A model generated the notes under the pieces. The model was given only the letters and a program-made list of their open reading frames with translations. It searched no databases and was not told the origin of the DNA. The translations under genes were made by a program, and so were the position numbers. DNA of 64,000 nt from a virus: IMG/VR virus record IMGVR_UViG_3300020048_000136, one strand, 5' to 3'. Below, in pieces: positions 8,830 through 16,048 of this stretch. The first letter of the stretch is position 1; each line of letters opens with the position of its first letter.

Positions 8830-9510
8830 TTAGTTTTCGGAATTAACGAGTTTCTCAATAGCTTTCTTTACGGCTGCTTTAACTTTATACTTACGCTGAA
8901 CCTGCTGAAGAATCTTCTCCACCCCAAGCGCTTTGTTAGCGGTTATATACGAGGCGACTTTCACCCATCCATCGGTATCGATGATAAGGTCTGTAATTAC
9001 AGGAACTACAGGCTGCTCAACGGGGACGACAGTAGCTGCTTCTACTACAACCTCAGGCATATCCTCACCTGCATAAATATACAGTCCAAGTCCGAACATT
9101 GCTAAGTTCTTAGTCAAGCATCGCATGATAGTTTTATTGATGTCGAACATCGTAGCAGCCTCAACAGATTTCTCCACATCAGTCTTAACATTGTTTACCC
9201 ACCCTTTTACGAAGTATGTGTATGGGTCAGATTTCATGGCTCTGTTTGCTCCGTCCATTACAGGCAACCACATCTCATGCATTATATCTCCAATCGTAAC
9301 CTCGGTGAATACCATGTACCCCGTGTTCGGGTCATAGAAGTAAGGAAGACCTTCATTGTTCTTTACGATTTGATACCGTGCCTCAGGATAGAGTTTCTTT
9401 ATCTCAGCCCAAGCGTAAGCCCATGACAGGTACGTCAGACCATTCTTCTTTTCGGTCTTGGAGTTTACGTTGATTTCATTTAAAGTCTGAAAGACTAAGT
9501 TGTTGTCCAT
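8830..9510 (-). CDS. single-strand annealing protein (Rad52/Sak-DUF1071-like)
   Basis: N-terminal GLTYLSWAYAWAEIKKLYPEA motif, recalled from Rad52-like phage SSAPs. Paired with the exonuclease gene. Confidence 0.55.
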   Translation of the reverse strand: MDNNLVFQTLNEINVNSKTEKKNGLTYLSWAYAWAEIKKLYPEARYQIVKNNEGLPYFYDPNTGYMVFTEVTIGDIMHEMWLPVMDGANRAMKSDPYTYFVKGWVNNVKTDVEKSVEAATMFDINKTIMRCLTKNLAMFGLGLYIYAGEDMPEVVVEAATVVPVEQPVVPVITDLIIDTDGWVKVASYITANKALGVEKILQQVQRKYKVKAAVKKAIEKLVNSEN

Positions 9511-9923
9511 TTGATTAGATTAGATTGTTTTTTGATAATTTGATTATACTTTAATTTAAGCGACTCCCTGTAGGATAATAGTTCATGTAGTAGTTTCTCG
9601 TTACAGCTTCCACTACAGGATTCGGCATCAATCCTCCGTTGATTTACTAAAAGTTTAGCGTTGCAGTTGTACAAAGCTATGTGTATTACTCCTAACTTCC
9701 ACCCATTTTCTAAAAAAAACAAGTAATCTTCTTTGCTTATTTCTCGGTAGTAATCACCGCCAAGATGCGTATTATAGATGTGGACTTCGTTAGTATTAAT
9801 ATCCTTGGTAATCTTGACCCCTGACCCGATATACCCAATATACTCAATTCCTGTTAGGGGAGCGCTATCGGCATCCTTACCTGCTTGGTTGAATGTGTCC
9901 ATCAACGAGTCTATAGCGTACAT
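9495..9923 (-). CDS. hypothetical protein (142 aa)
   Basis: Track ORF with short overlaps on both neighbours. Confidence 0.5.
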   Translation of the reverse strand: MYAIDSLMDTFNQAGKDADSAPLTGIEYIGYIGSGVKITKDINTNEVHIYNTHLGGDYYREISKEDYLFFLENGWKLGVIHIALYNCNAKLLVNQRRIDAESCSGSCNEKLLHELLSYRESLKLKYNQIIKKQSNLIKWTTT

Positions 9924-10210
9924 CTCTCAACCTCCCTCATTACGTGGATATAGTCATCATCCAACTTCATTCTATCGCTTGATGCCTTTATCCCATGGAT
10001 TATAGACGAGTGACCAATCTTGTAGCCCGATGCAGCCATATATTTTTGAATGTACATTACCTGCATTGGTCGGTGAAAGCATACGTAATATAGTATGTGA
10101 CGAGCATCAACCAATTCCCTACGTTTGCTCTTGCTGAATAATTCCTCCCGTGTTATGCCGAACTTAGATATTATCTTATCGACATAGCTGTTGAATACGT
10201 CCTGTTTCAT
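9911..10210 (-). CDS. DnaA domain IV-like HTH DNA-binding protein
   Basis: SKRRELVDARHILYYVC...IGHSSIIHGIK resembles the DnaA C-terminal pattern R..ARQIAMYL...RDHSTVIHA. The internal ATG at 10210 is preferred: it lies 19 nt after the upstream stop and is preceded by AAACCTTTAAAA. Confidence 0.5.
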   Translation of the reverse strand: MKQDVFNSYVDKIISKFGITREELFSKSKRRELVDARHILYYVCFHRPMQVMYIQKYMAASGYKIGHSSIIHGIKASSDRMKLDDDYIHVMREVERCTL

Positions 10211-10229
10211 GATTTTTAATTTTAAAGGT

Positions 10230-10529
10230 TTAGCCCTTGAGCCACTCAACAATGTAACCGCTCCCATCAAGTTCGTTAATAACCGATATTGGATAGAGCA
10301 ATTTGAATGCATTACGGATTTGATTCCATGTTTCCACATCCCTTATCCCCGTGTAAGCGGAGAGTTCATTTTTTACTTCTTGAAGTTTACTTTCCATTTG
10401 ATTAGATTTAGATTGTTTTAGATTAAATTCCATTTCCAAAGAACTATGGGAGATGACAATGTCTTCGAAGACAATATCATCACCCTCACGCTCTCGCACC
10501 TGCATAAACAGGTCTTTAGTCTTGCCCAT
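10230..10529 (-). CDS. hypothetical acidic protein (99 aa)
   Basis: Track ORF with a promoter box 20 nt upstream. It contains an internal AATCTAATCAAATG leader-like motif at about 10397, so it could be two genes in one frame. Confidence 0.5.
   Translation of the reverse strand: MGKTKDLFMQVREREGDDIVFEDIVISHSSLEMEFNLKQSKSNQMESKLQEVKNELSAYTGIRDVETWNQIRNAFKLLYPISVINELDGSGYIVEWLKG
10460..10473. repeat. palindrome TGTCTTCGAAGACA (inside ORF 10230..10529; read as VFED)
   Basis: Exact match. Confidence 0.95.
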
Positions 10530-10549
10530 AATAAATTAGATTAGCCGAC

Positions 10550-10557
10550 AAAGATAA
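10550..10557 (-). promoter_or_regulatory. Bacteroidota-type -7 box TATCTTTG
   Basis: Minus strand reads GCTTATCTTTGTCGG, ending 20 nt before the ATG at 10529. Confidence 0.55.
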
Positions 10558-10593
10558 GCATTATGTTCATACGATGTACATTCATCGATTAAT

Positions 10594-10998
10594 TTATTTT
10601 AGCGATGGCTGCACCTTTTCTTTCCAATATTTATCCTCTACTTTATTGAGGTTTGAGTTGGATATCAGAGTGCTTGGTTTAGCCATGTCTTCGTGGTCGT
10701 GTAGGTTTACATAGAAGTTCCCATTATTTAGAACCTCAATGAAGAACCCACCAATATATCTGATGACGTGAACACAATCGGGATGAAGGACAGCCACTCT
10801 ATTGTAGTCGTTCTTGAATGTGTTGGCAGGGATATACTTTCCCGTATCTCTGAAAGATTCAAGGGATAGTTCATCCTCCTTGTCCATCAATTTCTGTAGC
10901 TGCATGATATACAACCTGTTGGGTCTGCGCCTCAACTTTTCTGCTAAAATCTCATCAATTACTATCTGCATCTTTATTTTCTTTAGAAGGTTCAACAA
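10594..10998 (-). CDS. hypothetical protein (134 aa; alternative start at 10971)
   Basis: Track ORF. Overlaps the upstream gene by 44 nt, or by 17 nt if the ATG at 10971 is used. Confidence 0.5.
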   Translation of the reverse strand: MLNLLKKIKMQIVIDEILAEKLRRRPNRLYIMQLQKLMDKEDELSLESFRDTGKYIPANTFKNDYNRVAVLHPDCVHVIRYIGGFFIEVLNNGNFYVNLHDHEDMAKPSTLISNSNLNKVEDKYWKEKVQPSLK

Positions 10999-11194
10999 TT
11001 ATGGAATAGATGTATATCCCGCCAAGTCCTAATAGCGTTGACCATATTAAAACTATAGCCAAGGAGTCAAATACTTCGCTCGCTCCATCCGATGTGCTAA
11101 TGAGTCGATACATAACGATAAGGCTATGAACTGTGACAAAAGCATACGAGACACCGAAGAACGCTTTGCTTAAAATGTTCCGTGTTTTTTTCAT
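10955..11194 (-). CDS. small membrane protein (two predicted TM helices)
   Basis: Hydrophobic stretches FFGVSYAFVTVHSLIVMY and LAIVLIWSTLLGLGGIYIYSII. Promoter box upstream. Confidence 0.5.
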   Translation of the reverse strand: MKKTRNILSKAFFGVSYAFVTVHSLIVMYRLISTSDGASEVFDSLAIVLIWSTLLGLGGIYIYSIIVEPSKENKDADSN

Positions 11195-11216
11195 TATTTA
11201 AAGATTAATGGGTGTA

Positions 11217-11224
11217 CAAATATA
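11217..11224 (-). promoter_or_regulatory. Bacteroidota-type -7 box TATATTTG
   Basis: Minus strand reads ACTATATTTGTACACC, ending 22 nt before the ATG at 11194. Confidence 0.5.
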
Positions 11225-11233
11225 GTACATTAG

Positions 11234-11536
11234 TTATAAAAAATTAAGGTCTGCGCACTTTACATACACAAATCCATCAATTGTTTTCTTGGTAGCCTTT
11301 GCCCATGTGGTTTTAGCTGATAACCCCCTATTCATTTTCCCAACTTCGATGTATATTTTAAGGTTCCTATCCATCTCTGCGTTAAGTTCTTTGTAGGATT
11401 TTATCATAATCATTATGTTCTGCCCTAAGATTCGCTCCTTTCGGTATATCTTGAATATCCCGAACACGTATATCTCTGCTGCCTTTGAGGTGACATCCAT
11501 CCATAGAATGTCACCCTTCGTCTTTATCAATGCCAT
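11234..11536 (-). CDS. hypothetical protein (about 100 aa)
   Basis: Track ORF 11234..11596. The internal start MALIKTKGD at 11536 is preferred. Confidence 0.45.
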   Translation of the reverse strand: MALIKTKGDILWMDVTSKAAEIYVFGIFKIYRKERILGQNIMIMIKSYKELNAEMDRNLKIYIEVGKMNRGLSAKTTWAKATKKTIDGFVYVKCADLNFL

Positions 11537-11623
11537 AGTTACGAGTTTAGTATATATAAAACACCTGCTGTTATTATTATTGCAATGGTAACCCATGTCA
11601 CAACCGCCAATACCGAATCATTA

Positions 11624-11851
11624 TTATCCATTTTCATCGGTATCCTTTTTAGTGATTGTGGGAAAGTTTATTAGGTCAATCCTGCGCTGAAATTCAGTCC
11701 CCAAGCATCCACGCTTGAAAGCCATCTGCTCCCATAGCGCTGTGTTCTCAGGAGTTCTCTCTGTTAGCTTGGACATCCGTCTTGAGTAGTGCGACATAAG
11801 AGCCGACAAATCAATCATAGACAGGTCAGATAGTTCGGTCTTCTTAACCAT
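11624..11851 (-). CDS. hypothetical protein (75 aa)
   Basis: Track ORF. Confidence 0.5.
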   Translation of the reverse strand: MVKKTELSDLSMIDLSALMSHYSRRMSKLTERTPENTALWEQMAFKRGCLGTEFQRRIDLINFPTITKKDTDENG

Positions 11852-12242
11852 AAATAACCTCCCCTAAAACTATGTACTGAAAGATAACGTCACTTGACTC
11901 GGCATCTCCATTATCTTCAATCTCGCTAATCAGATATGATATCATATTGTCATCGTCAGCAATCTTCTGTAGTCGCTCCCACATAGTACTCATTGAGATT
12001 GTTCCTAAGCACTCATCCTCTTCTTCCCCATCATGGATATCAATATCAATATTCATGTCGTAGACGGCTTTAAATAGAGCCGTAGATAAGCAAGGGTCTT
12101 CAGTCTTGGGGACAGCAGCCCTAATCTTCTTGATGCTGTGTTCGGGGATGAAGTACCAATAATTACTACCACCCTCAATAGCGGTTATAAAGATGCACTC
12201 CAACACTTCTCGTGTAATCTCTTTCTTTACGGTGATGTTCAT
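11844..12242 (-). CDS. hypothetical acidic protein (132 aa)
   Basis: Track ORF. Confidence 0.55.
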   Translation of the reverse strand: MNITVKKEITREVLECIFITAIEGGSNYWYFIPEHSIKKIRAAVPKTEDPCLSTALFKAVYDMNIDIDIHDGEEEDECLGTISMSTMWERLQKIADDDNMISYLISEIEDNGDAESSDVIFQYIVLGEVIYG

Positions 12243-12583
12243 AACAGATTCAGTTTTAATTGTGTATAATTAGGTAAGTTAATTGGCTGCTCCTTAAATA
12301 CGGATAGCTTGCTCTCGGCTTTCTTCAGCCCCACGTATGGAGGTGAGTGACTGCCTGATGTAGCTACAGAATAGAACTTGAGAACTAAATCATCAGTCCA
12401 TCTGAACCCATCTCCATAGCCCTCAAGATGCAGGGATTTAAAGATTCGAATCTTGTCGGCTACCTTCCTCGCTCCGCAGTACGGAGGTTCATCGGCACAT
12501 CCCGAATGATAGACTCGGATAAATTGCCTCAACAGGTCTTCAGTCCATTGAAACCCATCCGATTCAATTTTTGTTTTTGTCAT
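12239..12583 (-). CDS. hypothetical protein made of two tandem ~45-aa repeats
   Basis: DGFQWTEDLLRQFIRVYHSG...PPYCGARKVADKIRIFKS is followed by DGFRWTDDLVLKFYSVATSG...PPYVGLKKAESKLSVFKE. The start is moved to the ATG at 12583 because 12584-12613 belongs to the conserved hammerhead tail. Confidence 0.55.
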   Translation of the reverse strand: MTKTKIESDGFQWTEDLLRQFIRVYHSGCADEPPYCGARKVADKIRIFKSLHLEGYGDGFRWTDDLVLKFYSVATSGSHSPPYVGLKKAESKLSVFKEQPINLPNYTQLKLNLL

Positions 12584-12603
12584 AGGTTTATTTATTAAGG
12601 GTT

Positions 12604-12654
12604 TCCGTTTCATCGTTTACGAATCATCGGTCAGGATACACATCCCAAGACAGA
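12604..12654 (-). ncRNA. hammerhead ribozyme-like element HHR-3 (type III topology, U4C core variant)
   Basis: Minus RNA reads UCUGU-C | UUGGGAU-GUGU-AUCCUGA | CCGAUGA | UUCG-UAAA-CGAU | GAA-ACGGA. Same architecture as HHR-1 and HHR-2, with compensatory changes in stem I and a G.U pair in stem III. Confidence 0.5.
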
Positions 12655-12683
12655 AGGAGTGTCTTCGACGACACCCCAACCCT

Positions 12684-13844
12684 TTATTCTCTAAATTTAA
12701 CTACCTCCTCTTCTCTGAACCATATCCCGCAAGACTTGCAGTAATAGTTCGCAAACCCATCAAACTCCAAATCAGAATAGCAATCAACGCACATAGCGTT
12801 CTCCTCGGTGATATTGAAATCAGTAGGAGTAGTTCCCGTTATGAAATCCTGCTCGGATAATCCCGACATAAAATCAAGTTCGTACCTTACATCAGCATCT
12901 TGGAATCGGGATGGCTTATAAGTAATTTCGGGACGAGTCTGAGGTGTAGGAGTATATTTCGGAGCATAACCCATAATCCTTTCAGTATATGTGCGAAAAT
13001 CCTGCTTGTATGCTTTGTGGAATGTAGCATTGGCGCTTATCATCTTCGGATTGAAGTATAACCAACATACAAGGACATTCCCGTTAGCCATCTTGATAGG
13101 AATCTGCTGCCTCTGATACCAATTGGGATGACCTTCCAACCTATCCAAATCAGTTAGCTTATCATCGCTGACCTTGAAAACATCAACAGCAACATTATGC
13201 CCGATACCTTTGCGATTCACTACATAAGGTAGCCCCTCTATTATTAACGGATACTTATCCTTGGTGACTCCATTGCCGACATAAGTACTCTTGGTAAGAT
13301 ACGACTGATAGTTATTGTATCCCTTCTTCAGAGTCCCGTATACGGCAACCAAATGCTCTTGGAGGACATTGCCCTTTGAGTACCAAATATCGCCTCTCAT
13401 TGACCATAGCTGTTGATTGTAAATCTCGTATGTTTTAGTCTTTACGTTGACCGTGACAAACCTGCATGGGTATTTTGCAAGTTCTTCTTCCCAACCGCTC
13501 CTCGGAATCAATCCTAACTTTTCAGCCAACACTTTGCTGTCAGTCTTTTTGTGAGTCCCGATACCCTGTATTGTACCGTTCATCATGAGCCATTCATCCG
13601 AATTTGCACCGCATTGGAATGGATGAGTATTGTCTTTCCCAATCTTGCCAACCGTAGCATAGCGGAAGTGCGCTATAAATGGTCGGGCTGTATCAAGAAC
13701 CTTAAATTCTGATGACTTGTGATAACTGATACTGTAGTCATCAAGCCATACAACACCCAACCCGTCAGGATTGATTAAGGATGATGTCTTGGCTATCTCT
13801 GTGGACAGCCTCTCATTCGACTTCTTAATGATTATTACACACAT
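12684..13844 (-). CDS. fusion protein: class II (Ntn) glutamine amidotransferase, gamma-glutamylcyclotransferase (AIG2/GGACT-like) domain, and C-terminal zinc ribbon
   Basis: N-terminus MC(2)VIII with HFRYATVG...NTHPF...MMNGTI (GATase-II pattern). Central AVYGTLKKGYNNY...LDRLEGHPNWYQR (GGCT/AIG2 pattern). C-terminus CVDC...CKSC. Confidence 0.7.
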   Translation of the reverse strand: MCVIIIKKSNERLSTEIAKTSSLINPDGLGVVWLDDYSISYHKSSEFKVLDTARPFIAHFRYATVGKIGKDNTHPFQCGANSDEWLMMNGTIQGIGTHKKTDSKVLAEKLGLIPRSGWEEELAKYPCRFVTVNVKTKTYEIYNQQLWSMRGDIWYSKGNVLQEHLVAVYGTLKKGYNNYQSYLTKSTYVGNGVTKDKYPLIIEGLPYVVNRKGIGHNVAVDVFKVSDDKLTDLDRLEGHPNWYQRQQIPIKMANGNVLVCWLYFNPKMISANATFHKAYKQDFRTYTERIMGYAPKYTPTPQTRPEITYKPSRFQDADVRYELDFMSGLSEQDFITGTTPTDFNITEENAMCVDCYSDLEFDGFANYYCKSCGIWFREEEVVKFRE

Positions 13845-13908
13845 GATTAAATTAAATTATGGACAGCCACACCCGTAGATATGACTGCCCTGTTAAACAA
13901 TGAATCGA

Positions 13909-13916
13909 CAAAGATA
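13909..13916 (-). promoter_or_regulatory. Bacteroidota-type -7 box TATCTTTG upstream of the GATase-GGCT gene
   Basis: Minus strand reads GTTTTATCTTTGTCGATTC, ending 64 nt before the ATG at 13844. Confidence 0.5.
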
Positions 13917-13960
13917 AAACATATAATAGACATATGCAAGCATTTTCTAAAATATATTTT

Positions 13961-14419
13961 TTAACAGTAGTAAGGTCTCCCTTTTGTTTGATTCTCGCCA
14001 AGGATAAACTCGTCAAAGAATGTGTAATAACCGCCCCGACTCATCTGAACACCCTCTTGATGTTTCTCAATAATAGTCCTGTTCTGCTCGGATGTCATAG
14101 TTGGGTATGTGTATGCTGTGTAGTACCAACCACCTTCTTCTGCACCGCCATAACAACGCTCGTAGCAGTACTGAACTGTGATGGCAGGATAAACATCGCC
14201 TCCGCAGGATAATACGAATTTGACGGCTGTATCTATTACGTCATCATCGTGTAGATAGGTATCGGAAATAATTACAGCCTCGGCATCCTCTATTAGCTGC
14301 TCAAGATGTTCGGGAGCATGAGTTGATGCATACAGGCATTTGTCCTGCTCGTAAAAACGAGCAACAAACACAACATCTACAGAGCCTTCATAGCCCCGAA
14401 TTGAATACGTTCTTAGCAT
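13961..14419 (-). CDS. hypothetical protein (152 aa)
   Basis: Track ORF. Confidence 0.55.
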   Translation of the reverse strand: MLRTYSIRGYEGSVDVVFVARFYEQDKCLYASTHAPEHLEQLIEDAEAVIISDTYLHDDDVIDTAVKFVLSCGGDVYPAITVQYCYERCYGGAEEGGWYYTAYTYPTMTSEQNRTIIEKHQEGVQMSRGGYYTFFDEFILGENQTKGRPYYC

Positions 14420-14424
14420 ATTGG

Positions 14425-14673
14425 TTAAGTTAAAATGATTACTATTCTTATGTCATTGTAGATTGTGGATGCAGTTACATATCCGCAAGAATCTACGGTC
14501 ATCTTGGCAACCTCGGCATTTATAACATTTGCTATCTCTGCCTTGTAATGCCCTTGCAGGGTGATTTCTGATTTGCTTACGCTTATTGAGTAGAAATACT
14601 CAAGCGGTAAATCCTTGGGAGACAATAAAGCCTCAACCATTTCTAAGTTCTTTATGATAAGATGGTCTTCCAT
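14425..14673 (-). CDS. hypothetical protein (82 aa)
   Basis: Track ORF. Confidence 0.5.
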   Translation of the reverse strand: MEDHLIIKNLEMVEALLSPKDLPLEYFYSISVSKSEITLQGHYKAEIANVINAEVAKMTVDSCGYVTASTIYNDIRIVIILT

Positions 14674-14697
14674 AATATTTGTCTTTAAAGATATTAT

Positions 14698-14943
14698 TTA
14701 TTTATTTGTGATTTCTTCGGCATCAGTCCATGCTGCCAACAGGCTTGGATATTCGTATCCATCGACTAAATCCAATGCGTTAAACGCATCTTCATCCCAC
14801 TTGGTGATATCTTTGTCCATCTGATACTGACAGAATACCGTGGTATCCTTTGTTGCGCTGACTCCCACAACACTTACGACTGAGGTATCATAGTTGGTTA
14901 CAACCATCCACTTCATCGCCATTAAGAGCAAGAATGTTTTCAT
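14698..14943 (-). CDS. hypothetical protein (81 aa)
   Basis: Track ORF. A one-mismatch copy of the palindrome (TGTCTTTAAAGATA) overlaps its stop at 14689-14702. Confidence 0.5.
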   Translation of the reverse strand: MKTFLLLMAMKWMVVTNYDTSVVSVVGVSATKDTTVFCQYQMDKDITKWDEDAFNALDLVDGYEYPSLLAAWTDAEEITNK

Positions 14944-14991
14944 GATTCTATAAATTAGATTAAATTAAACTGTACGGATTATCCGCACATT

Positions 14992-15026
14992 GCAGCTAAG
15001 AGGGGAATCGAACCCCTCACAAGCAG
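14992..15026 (-). ncRNA. isolated tRNA T-arm/acceptor-like minihelix (or tRNA 3'-half relic)
   Basis: Minus RNA reads GUGAGGGG-UUCGAUU-CCCCUC-UUAGCUGCA, a canonical T-loop sequence on a 6-bp stem. No D or anticodon arm can be built upstream because that region is the 3' end of ORF 15030..15296. A 7-bp hairpin follows at 14969-14985. Confidence 0.4.
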
Positions 15027-15029
15027 AGT

Positions 15030-15296
15030 TTATGACCTTAAGAATGCCAATAACTCATCCATGTAGCTAACCTCATCACCATCGTCATTTGTTCGGGTAT
15101 CCAAATCCTCAAAGTAGAGGTATTCAGCAGCCCATTCCGAAAAACGTCCCTTCTGCTCGGCATCCATTGCCTTCCAAAGGTTTTTAGCTTGCGTATTCTG
15201 CCCGTTTGACCTTGAGTCTATGATGTACTCAAAGTAATCGTTGATGCAATCGAACTCGTATGGCTCATACAAATTCCTGTCTGCGAAGTAGTCCAT
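15030..15296 (-). CDS. hypothetical acidic protein (88 aa)
   Basis: Track ORF. Confidence 0.55.
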   Translation of the reverse strand: MDYFADRNLYEPYEFDCINDYFEYIIDSRSNGQNTQAKNLWKAMDAEQKGRFSEWAAEYLYFEDLDTRTNDDGDEVSYMDELLAFLRS

Positions 15297-15298
15297 GC

Positions 15299-15469
15299 CT
15301 ATTCAGTTTTAGATTGTTTGTCCTCAGGATAATCGACTCCGATTACCTTGCCGTGTTTGCACACCTTATTGTACCACTCCGTGAAGTGCGCATCGTCACG
15401 GAATGTTTTATTGTAGATTGAATACGCTCCATCGTTTGATTTCACGGTGCATACATAAGTGAATTCCAT
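15299..15469 (-). CDS. small hypothetical protein (56 aa, below track cutoff)
   Basis: ATG at 15469-15467 and TAG at 15301-15299. Translation MEFTYVCTVKSNDGAYSIYNKTFRDDAHFTEWYNKVCKHGKVIGVDYPEDKQSKTE. Exactly fills the gap between two track ORFs. Confidence 0.4.
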   Translation of the reverse strand: MEFTYVCTVKSNDGAYSIYNKTFRDDAHFTEWYNKVCKHGKVIGVDYPEDKQSKTE

Positions 15470-15473
15470 ATTG

Positions 15474-15680
15474 TTACAGTTTAGTGATGAAGAAAAGAGT
15501 TGAGAACACCATATAGGTGAAGATGTGCCACTTCAGATTGCTCCATGATTTCGGCTCATCTGATAGGATTATTACAGCTATTGCCAATGCAGATAGCGTT
15601 ACGAATGTATATGTCCTCATCCCGTAGAAGAATGACGGGAGAATTAAGCAATAGCTTAATATTACGTGCTTGATGTTCAT
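15474..15680 (-). CDS. small membrane protein (68 aa)
   Basis: Track ORF, largely hydrophobic, with two or three TM-like segments. Confidence 0.5.
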   Translation of the reverse strand: MNIKHVILSYCLILPSFFYGMRTYTFVTLSALAIAVIILSDEPKSWSNLKWHIFTYMVFSTLFFITKL

Positions 15681-15682
15681 AT

Positions 15683-15973
15683 CTATTTGATATTATATTT
15701 GTCTAACAATACTTTGAATCCGTGGCGCACTGCCTTTACATAAGCATCAGAGAGATGCCCGAATGTAGCAGGATTGCTCATAAGGATAGAGGTGATAGAT
15801 ACGTAGCGCATCTCTATCTCATGGAGCAGAACCTCGTTAGTCTCACCCATTACGATAGCATTGATAATCTCGGGAGCAGTACTACACTTCCTGCAATTGA
15901 AGACTCCCGTCCTTTTGGATTCGATGTGCCGATTGGCAATCTCGCTCTGCAAAGCACTCAATCTGTTGCTCAT
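15683..15973 (-). CDS. hypothetical protein (96 aa)
   Basis: Track ORF. The start lies 21 nt downstream of HHR-1. Confidence 0.55.
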   Translation of the reverse strand: MSNRLSALQSEIANRHIESKRTGVFNCRKCSTAPEIINAIVMGETNEVLLHEIEMRYVSITSILMSNPATFGHLSDAYVKAVRHGFKVLLDKYNIK

Positions 15974-15994
15974 AGCTTTTTGGTTTTAAAGGTT

Positions 15995-16048
15995 TCCGTT
16001 TCGACTGTTTTCAGTCTTCATCAGCGAAGATACACATCTTCGGACGGA
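15995..16048 (-). ncRNA. hammerhead ribozyme HHR-1 (type III topology)
   Basis: Minus RNA reads UCCGU-C | CGAAGAU-GUGU-AUCUUCG | CUGAUGA | A | GACUG-AAAA-CAGUC | GAA-ACGGA. All core residues are present: C3-A9, G12A13A14, A15.1-U16.1 and the GUC cleavage triplet. One extra nt lies between A9 and G10.1. Confidence 0.75.

Noticed and set aside
14992-15080. A possible complete tRNA gene around the T-arm at 15000-15018.
   Set aside because: Extending 5' gives no acceptor partner beyond 6 bp through the palindromic TAGCTA, and no D or anticodon arm. The region is the coding 3' end of ORF 15030..15296. Kept only as a T-arm-like minihelix.
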